A DNA stretch of 64,000 nt from contig NIVC01000023.1 in the NCBI GenBank assembly GCA_002269645.1, positions 248,001 to 312,000 of the forward strand, read 5' to 3'. Numbering within the stretch: the first letter of the stretch is position 1; the number at the start of each line of letters is the position of its first letter. The position numbers and the translations under genes were made by a program. Under the pieces are notes generated by a model, which ran no database searches, was not told where the DNA came from, and saw only the letters and a program-made list of their open reading frames with translations. The DNA is from Macrostomum lignano (Eukaryota). Below are positions 21,791 through 33,263 of the stretch, in pieces.

Positions 21791-22683
21791 TGACTCTGAG
21801 TAGCCTGCTGACTCTGGCACCTGGAACGAGTGTGGCCCTGCTGGCCGCAGGCAAGGCAAACTACTCGATTCCTACAGTCCGCCGTTGAGTGCCCCATCTG
21901 AAGACACCTCCCACAGGTTCTGCCCGCCTGAGGCGCGGCTGCCGGCTGCTGCGGATTCGGCTGCACCGCCGAGGCCGACGCCCCTCTTTGCTTCAGCTGC
22001 GCGATCTCTGCCTTCAAGCTGGCGATCTCCGCAGCAATGCGAGCTGTCTGACTGTCCGCTGCAGCAGCTGCCGCCTGACTGTTCACCACGTGGACTGATC
22101 GCTTTCCCTCCAGCAGCTTCATCGATGCGAGAGTCTGGCGCACTCGCTGGATCGCGGCCTGCAGCGTGTCAGGGTCTTGCAGCAAGACATTCTCAAGCAC
22201 CCTGTCCGGAACTCGAATCCCCTTTAAGAATCAGTCTTTTGCTAGCTCATCCCTTTGCTCCCCTGGCAGAGCCGGATATGCCTTTCGCATGAGCTCTCTG
22301 AGAGCGTCAGCGTAATCCTCTAGTGCTTCCCCCTCTCTCTGACTCCTGTTTTGAAATTCTGTCTTGTAGTCCTGGGGTGTGCGATTCTGACTGAAGCGAG
22401 CCTCCAGCTGCTCCACAAACTCTGCGTAGTCCAAGTCATCATCCAGCTCGAGATTGGCCACTGCTTTAAAAGCCGTGCCAAAGTCCAACAGACACAGCAA
22501 ATTCTGCTTCCGCTGATCCTCAGGGATCTGAGCAGCCTCGCAGTACGTGGTAAACTGTTGCAACCACAAAGCAAAATCTTGAGTCGGCACATACTTATTA
22601 GGACGTGGAACGCGCTGACCCACGTTCAACTGCTCCTGGATTCTCGCTGTCAAAGCACCGATAAGATCGTCTAAATTGGCCAT
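21736..22683 (-). CDS. gag: Gag of Gypsy-A, interrupted by one in-frame TGA (22231-22233); two CCHC knuckles
   Basis: ORFs 22231-22695 and 21736-22200 are in the same frame; CGRCLQMGHSTADC and CLACGQQGHTRSRC. Confidence 0.9.
21747..21790 (-). other. -1 programmed ribosomal frameshift signal (G GGA AAC plus GC stem-loop)
   Basis: Gag frame CAG GGA AAC shifts to pol frame GGG AAA CGG (GKRDGGPA, matching the pol ORF); 6-nt spacer, then a 9-bp stem GGGGCCCGG/CCGGGCCCC. Confidence 0.85.
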
Positions 22684-22819
22684 GATCGCTTGCACAAAAC
22701 TAATTCTAACGCAAAACTAACTCCAACGCACTAAAGCACTAATTCAATAATGCACTACCCCAGACAACAGACAGAAATCTAACGGAAACCTTAACTGGAA
22801 TCCTGGTCACGGCACCAGT

Positions 22820-23262
22820 TGTTGTGAGCCCCGTCCTCCGGAGCAACGCCTACAGCTTTAACCTGTCGGGAAGCTGCGACCCCCAGGTCCCCAGTCAGAG
22901 CTCCCGTCCCGCGCCCTAGGGAGAAGCAGAAAAAAGGACAGTAACTCGCGAACACGAACTTACACACCGTAGCCGATGCAGTTCGCCGTGCACTTTTTAT
23001 GGTAGATCGACGAGTCGTTAATAGCCAACGGAGGCGGACCAACGCGCGCAAGGGAGGAGTCTGCCCTCCAGACAGCGACTATATATATTTCATTGGTCCT
23101 ACGCGTACATGAATATAACTTAAGAACAAATGTACGGTACAGCAGGGGAGGTGGGGCGGGGTGGCGTGATCGGCGTACGCATTGATTATTGATTGGAGGG
23201 GTGGGGCAGACTGGAGGGTTGGGGCGGGGCAGGAGGGCGAGAAAGGGCACGATTGCACAACA
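22820..23262 (-). repeat. 5' LTR of Gypsy-A
   Basis: Direct repeat of 16187-16629, followed by the PBS. Confidence 0.97.
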
Positions 23263-25370
23263 CTAGCTATCAGGGTTGCCAAGCGATCGCATTATGAGTA
23301 AAAACTACTTAAAAATTTGCAAAAAGTCAATTGCGAGTCGTATTAGTTGTAATACTCTTTGCTTTGCGACTACTACATCTATTAGTAGAAAGCCGAGGTG
23401 AAGTCAATTCAAAGCCGCTCTGTGCTGAGTACAAAAGTTTACACTTCAATAGGATTTTTGGCAAGTAGGATTCATAGGAATCGAATATATATGTACCAAG
23501 GTACAAGGTATTGATATGATTGTGCATCATCAGGTGCTCTTACCGCGAGTATACATGTTTACAGAAACTGCTGGCGATGGCATAGCGACTCATAATTTCT
23601 TGAGTCGCATCCCAACTACCCAATAAAATATGTTGTGTCTAATAATATGAGCTACTGCCGGCCTAATATTTCCACCAGTGAACGAGCCGAGAGCGAGAGA
23701 ACCCGAGGCCCCGCCAGGGGCCGAGGGCGAGTGAATAATTTCTACCCATGGCGGCCGAAGGCCGACATGGGCTAGAAAGTATTTACGAGTAAATAAGTTA
23801 GACTCTAATGCATTTTGAAATTTCACGTTTTTTCGCCAAAAAATGCTCCTGTTTTGCAACCACTGCACCGATTGAGTTGAGTGAGGTGTCGATCGATAGA
23901 AAACTTTTAGATCTATCGAATGAATATACCTTTGAATGCAAAGATTTTTTAAATGAGCCGTAAATTAACTGGAAAGACGATTTTTTCAAAAGTGCTTCTA
24001 GGAGATCTCAAAATTCTGGTACACCTTACGAGATACAGCTTCGACATCTAAGGATCAAAGTTGTAAAACTAAATTTCCTACAAAATGGTATATGGCGCTT
24101 TGATTTATTTTGGTATCTTTATGTAGTTTTGGTGGGTTTTTTGGGTAAAAAAATGACCCTCATTTTATTATTTCCCCACTTTTTCCTACGAAGCTTTTTG
24201 AGTTTCGGCTTCAAAGCAGTGCAGTTGGATGCGCAATGCAAATATCTACAAGTGTCTAAAGTTTTGTTTTCCTACGCTTCTGCAGTGCTGAGAAAATTGA
24301 CAAAAATCGATTTTTCAAAAAATTACATGACTTTCGCATTATTGCTCATTATAATTTTGAGAACATGGTGCGAATAATCCGACTTCGAATTTCTATAGCA
24401 TAGTTGCTGTACTATATTGGTTTAAATTGCCGCCGTCTGATTTCGCTGCTTTCGGGTTAAAAAATCGATCAGAAATCGATAATTTGTGATTTTTGGCTGA
24501 TTGGGTGCCAGAAAAATGGGTGATTAAATTTTTAAAAGAATGGTAAATCAAATGCGGACACTGCAATTAGTTGTACTAATGTCTGGCTAAAATTTACCAA
24601 GTTTTTGAGTGTCTGCAACAAGTGCTCATGTGTCAAAAGTGATTGGAAATCGATCAGAGTAGTGATTTTTTAATATTTTGCTTGAAATCAGGCAAAATAA
24701 CGCAATAGGACGACAATATTTTTATGAAATCTGATTTCCCACATAACGAGGCATATTTGTGTGCAATTTCTAGAGATTCGGTTCATTGGGTAAAAAATTA
24801 TCGATAAAAAACTGAAAACTTGACTTTTTACTTTTATATTAGTTTCGGGGCTATTTAAACTGGAAATGGTAAGAATTTTGCACTGAAACCAATGCACAGT
24901 ATTCCATACAGCTAATTTAACAGATTTCTTGAGTTTCATAACCATTCGATGTTCTTTTAAGGTAAAAAATGCATTTTTTGCACCAAAATCCATCAGATTA
25001 AGCCGCATACCGCTTTGCATAATTTGCATTTGCATGCGATTGCTTGCATGGCTTTGGCGTTGGGCTGAGTTAAGCTGGTTAGAAAGGAAAGGAAGGAATA
25101 ATCGTACATACAATGTACACTCCCGTCCCTTCTAAGTGGGGGGCTGTGACGACGTGAGGGCTTGGGCCGGAGGGGCGTCAATAGAGCTTCATTTGCTTCG
25201 CGCACAGACCAAGGAAAATTAGATCGATAAACGGGGGTCACGTGATTAGAATTTCGTATTAAATTTAGCTCTTTAACTGAACATTTGAATTGCAAGCCCA
25301 GTACAAAGTTTGGCCGGTGGCAAGCTCCAATTCACTACGTGTACAATCCTCCCCCAGACTAAAAGGCTTG

Positions 25371-26014
25371 TGTGACGAATAAAGCGGAAGACTTTGTGTA
25401 GCAGATAATTGGGATTAATCTACGATCCAGCAGATCAGCAGCCGATTTTATCCTTAGCGTGAATTTGCAGATTTAGTATATTTGGATCGGTACTTAATTT
25501 GATGCGCCTAGCAAGGGCCGGTCAGGATTCAGTTGATTGGTGGGCTGAGGCAGGCGGTAGAGGGTTAAGGTAAAGAGGCCAGACAGCTAAGGGACCCGCA
25601 AGCTTAGAGCGAGAAGCGAAGCGACGAAGCAAGAGGAGAGAGCGGCCGCTGACTGCAAGTGTATTTTTATAATTGGTGAGTAAACAAGATAACAACAAGC
25701 TTAATCCAAAAACCAGACAAACCCCACTCAGGCGAAATGTACATGTACAAATTAATCGATAAATATATCATACAAGAATAACATACGTCAGTACATGTAC
25801 ATAGGTAGGACTACTTTACGATAAATAATAACGATATGAATGAAATACAAATAATAGAATAAATACATAAGAGGCTACAAAAACAAAGCAATTAACAGTA
25901 AAAATAGCTCGATAATAATACGTACGAATGTTGTTAAAATAAATGAAAGAATACGGTATGCATATGAAAATAAAGAAATACGATACACGCGATTCTACGA
26001 ATCACACTGTCACA
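25371..26014 (-). repeat. 3' LTR of Gypsy-B
   Basis: TGTGAC...GTCACA; direct repeat of 32634-33263. Confidence 0.95.
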
Positions 26015-26904
26015 CCCGCCCCTCTACTAAAAAATACTGAAAAACGAAAAACAGAAAATACGAATATATCGAACAGCGATGAAGAATTATTAACAAAAAA
26101 CTTATTTCAAAAATACCGAACAAAATAATTTACATGCGAGTTCAATTACTGGTATTGTTGGCATCAGTTATTCGGATGAAAATATTGAAAAATACACAAA
26201 GCATTGGAACGAACAGGAATTAAAACAGATATTTGTCAAAGAAATGCTTCTCGCATTTCAAAATATTGAACGATATTTGGTGCAACGAGTTAGAGCCGAA
26301 TTAAAGTACTCACAATGATTAATTATAGGAAATATCAAAGGTGTCGCAAACCAACTCAAAACACTACAAAGCAAATCACGAGACGCAAAACCGGCACAGG
26401 CACACCCTATGACTAAGAGAACACACCAAAGCGAGACGAAACAGGGCGCACCTAGCAACCTAGAAACACCAAGCAAACGGAGCACGAGAGAAACGGGAAA
26501 AGAATTCGAGCAAGCCCGGAGGCGAGCTCAGGTCCGCGCACAAACACGAACCCAGCCGAGGACCGATCAAGAACGACCGCAAGGGCACGCCGATCAACGG
26601 CGCCGGAACCGACCTCGGAACCAGACGAACAGAGACCCTATGGTGCTCTGCACAGCCACACAGGCTTGACAACGGCGGCAGAAAACGCGCTAAAGACCGA
26701 CAAGCGCTACTTAAGTACAGACGACACGCGATTGAATGACGATGCAAATTAACTAAACTCTAGGACCGTAAACTACATGTATGAACCGATGATGTATGAA
26801 CTCTGTACTTTGTTATCTTGGAACAACCCTGTTTATTTTATTTTTTTGTGACAATTATATTAGTTTTTATGCGTTTTTAAAGGAATATTTTCTGAATATT
26901 AATT

Positions 26905-29860
26905 TTACCCGGTCCGAGCATTACCGGTCCGGTTCGAGATCTTTGCGGGAGAAAATCCAGTGGATTCGGCGACTGTTGCCCGAATCGAGAGAGCTGCTAG
27001 CCGGGCTGCAAGAGGCCAATCGAACTGCCGATCCAAGCAAATAGCACGAATCTGACCTTTAACTGTCTGTATCATTCGCTCAACCTTCCCGTTCGCTTGT
27101 GGACGTCGTGCTGTGACACGCGCCATGTCCACCTCGAGAAGTCGAGTGAGCTCAGATACGGTGTTGTTGACAAAGGCTGTACCGTTGTCCGAGACTATCT
27201 GTTCCATGCACCCGTATCTCGCGATCCATTCGGTCAGGATATTGACTGCAGTCGTTTCCGCTGAGACATCGGCTACGGGAATGACCTCTACAAAACCCGA
27301 AAATCGGTCAACCATCACGAGCAAGTACCTATATCCTGCTTGCTCGGGAAACGGACCAGCGTGATCAACGTGGACTACCTGGCCCGGGTAGCCCGAGAGT
27401 TCGGGCTGCAGCGGGGCTTTATGCTTCAGTTTTGACTTTTTTGTTCTGACGCAGACGTCACACTCAGCTATGATTCCCTTGACATAAGTTTCTAGGTCGG
27501 CGATGGCGAAACGAGATCGAATAGCTGTCAGGGTTTTTGTGATGCCGCAGTGATTGAGCTGTCGGTGGTATTTTGACACCAACTCGACAACATCTGCGGT
27601 CTCTGGAATCACTAACAGCTTATTGACTGATTTTTTGTTCTTTTTCGGCTTAAGGTGATATAAGAGCCCATTTTCGACTTTCAGTTCATCGAACAGCGAC
27701 CACAAGATTCTAACTTCACGACTGCAACTCTGCAGGCTAGCCTTAGGAGGCTTTTCTGTACGGCCCTGCACGCAATCGATCAGCTGAGCGATGTCAACGC
27801 AAGTCTCTTGTGATTCACGTGCCCATTCTAGTTCCGGGTCAACTGACTCGACTGAGGATTTGCTGGATGCCGATTGTTCGACTTCAGCTACCCTGACTGC
27901 TAGTCGAGACGTTTCGATTGGCATTGTCGCTTCGACAGCGGCCTCTGTGACCGGAACTGTAGTGAAAAATGTGCACTGTGTTGATGTGTTGCTTGTGAAT
28001 TTCTCGGTTTGACAGGCTGATGTTACTACTGTTTCGATATTGTGACAGCTCGTGACAGGCGAGTCTGTCTGGCAACATACGTCCGCTACAGAGCATTGCA
28101 CTGCGGCGTCAACTTGTTGCCTTCTGATGTTAACTGATGCTGACTTTTTAGCTTTCTCGCTTTTAAATTTCTCTTGAAATTCAGGTACCATGCTGCATGA
28201 CGGACAGTCGAAGTGATCGGCACGAAAGCGAGGATTTCGGCTCAGCATATCTGCCGCCACATGGTCTTTCCCTGGCCGGTACTGGACCTCAAAGTCGTAT
28301 TCTCCGACTCTTTCAAGAGCTGACTGTTCGATCTTGAATTCGTACAAATCTATGGTCGCGAGCCACTGCGCGAGCATGCCTGTGGCATGTTTCTTAGAAT
28401 GAAGCCACTGCAGGGCTGCGGCATCCACTCTGACTGTGAAAGGTCGATCTAACAGATATGTACGAAAGTGTTCTAGCATGAGTACTAACCCTAGTAACTC
28501 GCGCATGGTTGCACAATAGTTCGACTGACTCTGTGAAAATTTCTTAGATGCGTACGCAACGACTTGTTCTGACCCATCTGGGCCTATCTGAGATAGCACG
28601 CCGCCAACTCCTTCAAGTGAACTGTCGCAGTCGAGCACGAACCCACGACTGTCGGGAGACAAGTCCGGATACGCTAATACCGGTGGGTTGCACAAACAGC
28701 GCTTGAGTTCTTGGAATGCGCGTTCGTGGCGTTCTAACCACACGAACTTTTCCGAACCTTTAGCCAGCGCGTACAGCGGCGTGGCAATAACTGAGAATCG
28801 TTGTACGAATTTCCTATAATAGTTGGCAAAGCCAAGAAACGCCATTAACTGTTTCTTGTCTTTCGGTCTACACCACTCTTGGACCGCTCGAGTCTTGGCT
28901 GGGTCGGCTTCGATACCGTTAGACGAGACTATGAACCCTAAGAACTTAACTCTATCTTTAAATAGCTCACACTTCGCAGGTTTAATCTTCAGATTGGCCT
29001 TGCGAAGTTGCCAAAGCACCAGCGCTAGGTGCGCGATCATTTGGTCATTATTCTGTGCTTTTATTATTATATCATCGAGGTAAATTAGGCTAACTTTCAT
29101 AAGCAATGGTTGAAATACCTTGTGCATTAATTTAGCGAAATTCGCTGGGGCTGTTTTGATTCCGAATGGTATTACTTTCCAACGAAACGTGCCCTGTGGA
29201 CAAGAGAAAGCTGTAAAATCTCTGTCTTCTTCTTTGATTCCCACCTGCCAATAGGCAGAGGTTAAATCAAGGCTGCTGAACACCGAAGAACCAGCCAGGC
29301 TGTCAAACGACTCTTCAATTAATGGCAATGGAAAACTACACGGTCTAATTAACTTGTTTACAGCTCGGTAGTCAATACATAGTCTCTGAGACCCATCTTT
29401 CTTCTTAACTAACACTATCGGTGATACCCAGTCTGAATCACACTCTTCAATTACATCCTGCTTAAGCAATTGACTAATATGTTGATCTAAAAACTCCTTT
29501 TGAGCTGGAGTTGTTCTCCTCGAAGCGAGCAGAACCGGACGACTGTCCTTGTCAATCAGATCGATTGACATTTCATGTAGCTTTGTTCGACCGAGATCAC
29601 TATCATCCTGCGAGATCTGGCTTAAAAAGTAATTAAGCATGCGCAAAGTTAGGGCTAATTGATTTGGAGTCAGACTGGACTGGTCGAGTCGGAACTGTTT
29701 CACAAGCCATTCTGCTGTACCTTTTTCTGGTGGTGGTAATCTTGAAAGCTTACTATTGAGGAGATTGCAGTTGTCTATGGAAAAATCCCTCTCAGACAGA
29801 GCTGAGCAGTTGGTACTACAACTTCTCCATGACCGAGCTCTTGAAAAGATGCAATCTCTT
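26905..29860 (-). CDS. pol: RT-RNase H-integrase of Gypsy-B, -1 frame relative to ORF1, integrase C-terminus truncated
   Basis: LCIDYR, YLDD, CDSS, HHCC, DHAG/SDNG/ANGKVER; the frame is open upstream of the listed GTG into the ORF1 overlap; ends abruptly at SPAKISNRTGNARTG*. Confidence 0.88.
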
Positions 29861-31904
29861 GGTCACGCTCAATCCTAGCTGGTTGATCGCTACTATTTAG
29901 CAATCGGACTAACACGTGATTCGTCGGGCTGACTCTATCCACTGACCTAGCTACAAAAAATTCTGAGTCTGTATTGAAAAGTTTAGAGGAGACTGTGCCA
30001 CTCAGGTTTGGCACAGTGTCAATCACTCGACTCGGCACTAGGGTTTCCGAGTGAGGTGGTAGCTCAGAGGTACAAGCAGCCAATACACGGCGTATGCGAA
30101 ACACCCCCTTATCGCCCTCGATCACAGGCACTGCTCCACCGGCCACGAGTACCTGGCCACAGGTGAAATCCAGCAGCACCTGGAAACCACGGAGGAAATC
30201 AATACCTAAGAGCGATTCAGCAGTGGATTCTTCGGTCACAAGGAAAACGTGATGTTTTTTAATCTTGCCTAGTTCCACTTCGCAACGTAAAGAGCCTAAA
30301 ATCTGGGTGGTGGACCCGTTGAAAGCCGTTGCCTTTGCGTCTTTGTGCGCTGGCGAAAAGGTGTTGTTGATCGGATCGGCTTCAACCAGTCTCTCCATGG
30401 CTTGCTTCCCCATCACGCTGGCGTTTGCCCCCGAGTCAAGGCAAGCCATGACTTGGTTGTCCCCGATTCGCAACTGGACAAAGAAGCTGGAATCCACCGC
30501 AGGCTCATCGGAACTAGTTTGGCCTAAATGCGTCTGATTGATCGATGGAATTGGCCTTACCCCACAAGCCTGATCGCGCTTCTTGCCCGAGTCGATTTTC
30601 CGATGGAATTGGACTCTTGTGCCCACGAGTTGGTGCTGGTCAGCCGAACGGTTCAAGGATTCAGACAGCTCACCACGGTGAAAGAAGAGCTGGTCGGGAA
30701 GTTGTTCTGATTGAATGAACCCGAAGTTCCCCTTCCAGGAAACAATTGAACCAACCTCCGACATTTGCTGGGCCTGATTATTTGGAGGATGACTCTTAGC
30801 AGCGGTCTGGTGGGCTATTGGAGGTGATGGTGTGATGGGACAGTCGGCAATGAAATGGTCCTCACCACCGCACCTGTAGCATTTCCTTGATCTGGACACC
30901 GCTGTACCAAATTGCTGAGTTGCCCCGTGATTTGGCGGTTGTTTATTCTTGTGCTTGTTATGTGGCTTGTGTTGGTTTGAATTTTGGATTGACTTGTTAG
31001 ATGATTGTGGTTGGTTGACAGCAACAGGCTTGGAAACTCCAGCCTGGTTCTGGAGTCGAAGGAGTCTCTCTAGCTCTTCTACTCTTGCCTCCAGAGACGC
31101 CTTCTCGGTTTCAAGGACACGGATATTCGCAGAGGAGTTTGGAGCGGGTTGCAGAAGTTGCTGAATACCAACGATCTCCTTGGCCTTCCTAACCAACTCG
31201 GCAGACGGGACAGTCTTAGCCTTTGCCCCACTAGACTCATCACTCACCCCTGCATCACTGCTCCAAAGCAAGAGTTTTTCTGCGAGCACCTTATCCCGAA
31301 TGCCATGGCACAGCCTCGCTCGTAATAAAGGTTCAGCTTCGGTTGATGAGAGGTCTGCTAACCGGGCATAAGATGCTAGCCTATCGTAAAACTCGGCAAT
31401 CGATTCGGTGCTGTTCTGGTGAGCGGCAATTAGTTCCATATAACTTTTCTCCCTAACGTTAGAGTCAGTGTAACGCGCTCTCATAGACTTCAGTGCCTCT
31501 TCACAGGTCTGATCCGTGAGATTGTTATTTAGAAAGTACTCCTGGCATTCTGGTGCCAGAAGGGACAGCAGGACTGCAGTCTGTTGAAAGTAAGGAACCC
31601 TATGAGCTTCAATGTACGCATTGAACTGAGCTTCCCAGGCATCAAACTTCGTGGTGCAAGTGAACAACGGTGGCGGCCGAAGCTTAATGCCTGAAGCTGT
31701 TTCCTTCTGTTGACTCTGGTAGAACGATTGAGAACGGGACTCTCTTGAGAATTGATTTTCTAACAACCGGTGCAGTGCGGCAATGGTACTAGCAAGAAGT
31801 GGCTCTGAGTCTGTAGTGTTGGTTGCCACAAACTTTCTTTCCTGAGCAGAAGCGTCTGGATTTGGAGAGCCAGCAGTGGCACTCCTGTCCTCGCGGTCAC
31901 TCAT
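29775..31904 (-). CDS. gag: Gag-CCHC-cold shock domain-aspartic protease polyprotein of Gypsy-B
   Basis: Likely ATG at 31904 (MSDRED); CYRCGGEDHFIADC (30840-30881); CSD WKGNFGFIQ...LFFH...VGTRVQF (30549-30758); CLDSGANAS and LLGIDFL protease motifs. Confidence 0.9.
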   Translation of the reverse strand: MSDREDRSATAGSPNPDASAQERKFVATNTTDSEPLLASTIAALHRLLENQFSRESRSQSFYQSQQKETASGIKLRPPPLFTCTTKFDAWEAQFNAYIEAHRVPYFQQTAVLLSLLAPECQEYFLNNNLTDQTCEEALKSMRARYTDSNVREKSYMELIAAHQNSTESIAEFYDRLASYARLADLSSTEAEPLLRARLCHGIRDKVLAEKLLLWSSDAGVSDESSGAKAKTVPSAELVRKAKEIVGIQQLLQPAPNSSANIRVLETEKASLEARVEELERLLRLQNQAGVSKPVAVNQPQSSNKSIQNSNQHKPHNKHKNKQPPNHGATQQFGTAVSRSRKCYRCGGEDHFIADCPITPSPPIAHQTAAKSHPPNNQAQQMSEVGSIVSWKGNFGFIQSEQLPDQLFFHRGELSESLNRSADQHQLVGTRVQFHRKIDSGKKRDQACGVRPIPSINQTHLGQTSSDEPAVDSSFFVQLRIGDNQVMACLDSGANASVMGKQAMERLVEADPINNTFSPAHKDAKATAFNGSTTQILGSLRCEVELGKIKKHHVFLVTEESTAESLLGIDFLRGFQVLLDFTCGQVLVAGGAVPVIEGDKGVFRIRRVLAACTSELPPHSETLVPSRVIDTVPNLSGTVSSKLFNTDSEFFVARSVDRVSPTNHVLVRLLNSSDQPARIERDQEIASFQELGHGEVVVPTAQLCLRGIFP

Positions 31905-32249
31905 GATCGGCTCGGCAACGAAGAGAAGGCAGCAAGAAAGAGAGAGAAAGCGGAAAACGAGAGAAGAACAAAAGCAAAAGCACACAGTGTCTGGCAGGAC
32001 CTAATGCCCAACCTAAAGAATCTAAACTAAAATCACGCAAACCAAATGCTAACCTGCCAGACAAGAGCCCTAAAAGACACACACAGAGGGATTCATACCG
32101 GTTTACGAAACGTGATTGCGGGCTTAGCTGGTATCGTCGCTCGGACAGTCGTAGATGGCCTCTGGCGGATGCAGACTGCGTCTCGGCCGATGTGCAGATC
32201 GCTCCGGCCGATGTAGATCGTCTTTGGGCCACTTGCAGATAGCAGATCG

Positions 32250-32540
32250 CCTCAGCTCACCGCGGATCGCCAGAAATCGTCGCAGGTCGCTGCAGATCGC
32301 CGCAGATCGTCTCAGATCGCCGCAGATCGTCGCAGATCGCCGCCGAACGTCGCAGATCGCCACAGATCGTCGCAGATCGTCGCAGATCGCCGCAGAACGT
32401 CGCAGATCGCCACAGATCGTCGCAGATCGCCGCAGATCGTCGCAGATCGCCACAGATCGCCGCAGATCGTCGCAGATCGCCGCAGATCGCCACAGATCGC
32501 CGCAGATCGTCGCAGATCGTCACAGAACGTTGCAGATCGC
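32250..32540. repeat. 10-bp tandem array ((t/c)cgcagatcg) in the Gypsy-B 5' leader
   Basis: About 28 imperfect units between the PBS and gag. Confidence 0.9.
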
Positions 32541-32633
32541 CACAAATAACAACGCAAATAGGCAGATGGGTGATCTAAGACCTCCGAGGAGCCGTGCGGG
32601 TCGAGTTGAGTCTCTGTGGGACTTCCAAATTTA

Positions 32634-33263
32634 TGTGACGAATAAAGCGGAAGACTTTGTGTAGCGGATAATTGGGATTAATCTACGATCCAGCAGATCA
32701 GCAGCCGATTTTATCCTTAGCGTGAATTTGCAGATTTAGTATATTTGGATCGGTACTTAATTTGATGCGCCTAGCAAGGGCCGGTCAGGATTCAGTTGAT
32801 TGGTGGGCTGAGGCAGGCGGTAGAGGGTTAAGGTAAAGAGGCCAGACAGCTAAGGGACCCGCAAGCTTAGAGCGAGAAGCGAAGCGACGAAGCAAGAGGA
32901 GAGAGCGGCCGCTGACTGCAAGTGTATTTTTATAATTGGTGAGTAAACAAGATAACAACAAGCTTAATCCAAAAACGAAAGCGAAATGTACATGTACAAA
33001 TTAATCGATAAATATATCATACAAGAATAACATACGTCAGTACATGTACATAGGTAGGACTACTTTACGATAAATAATAACGATATGAATGAAATACAAA
33101 TAATAGAATAAATACATAAGAGGCTACAAAAACAAAGCAATTAACAGTAAAAATAGCTCGATAATAATACGTACGAATATTGTTAAAATAAATGAAAGAA
33201 TACGGTGTGCATATGAAAATAAAGAAATACGATACACGCGATTCTACGAATCACACTGTCACA
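32634..33263 (-). repeat. 5' LTR of Gypsy-B
   Basis: Direct repeat of 25371-26014; PBS adjacent. Confidence 0.95.

Larger units (their letters stand above)
16187..23262 (-). mobile_element. Full-length Ty3/gypsy LTR retrotransposon (Gypsy-A)
   Basis: 443-bp LTRs at 16187-16629 and 22820-23262 (TG...CA, about 5 substitutions); 4-bp TSD CTAG; PBS TGGTGCCGTGACCAGGA complementary to the tRNA-His 3' end (22801-22817); PPT aggaggggagga (16630-16641). Confidence 0.97.
25371..33263 (-). mobile_element. Ty3/gypsy LTR retrotransposon (Gypsy-B) encoding a cold-shock domain
   Basis: LTRs 25371-26014 (644 bp) and 32634-33263 (630 bp; one ~14-bp indel and a few substitutions); TSD CTTG; PBS TGGAAGTCCCACAGAGA resembling the tRNA-Gln complement; PPT tagaggggcggg before the 3' LTR. 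Confidence 0.95.

Noticed and set aside
24688-25113. 141-aa ORF as the transposase of the 23617-33949 element
   Set aside because: No recognisable motif; AT-rich composition consistent with a chance ORF
29783-29795. GGGATTT slippery heptamer for Gypsy-B
   Set aside because: Not in the required phase of ORF1 (codons AGA GGG ATT TTT)
32124-32664. ICGDLRRSA-type ORFs on both strands
   Set aside because: Products of the 10-bp leader array
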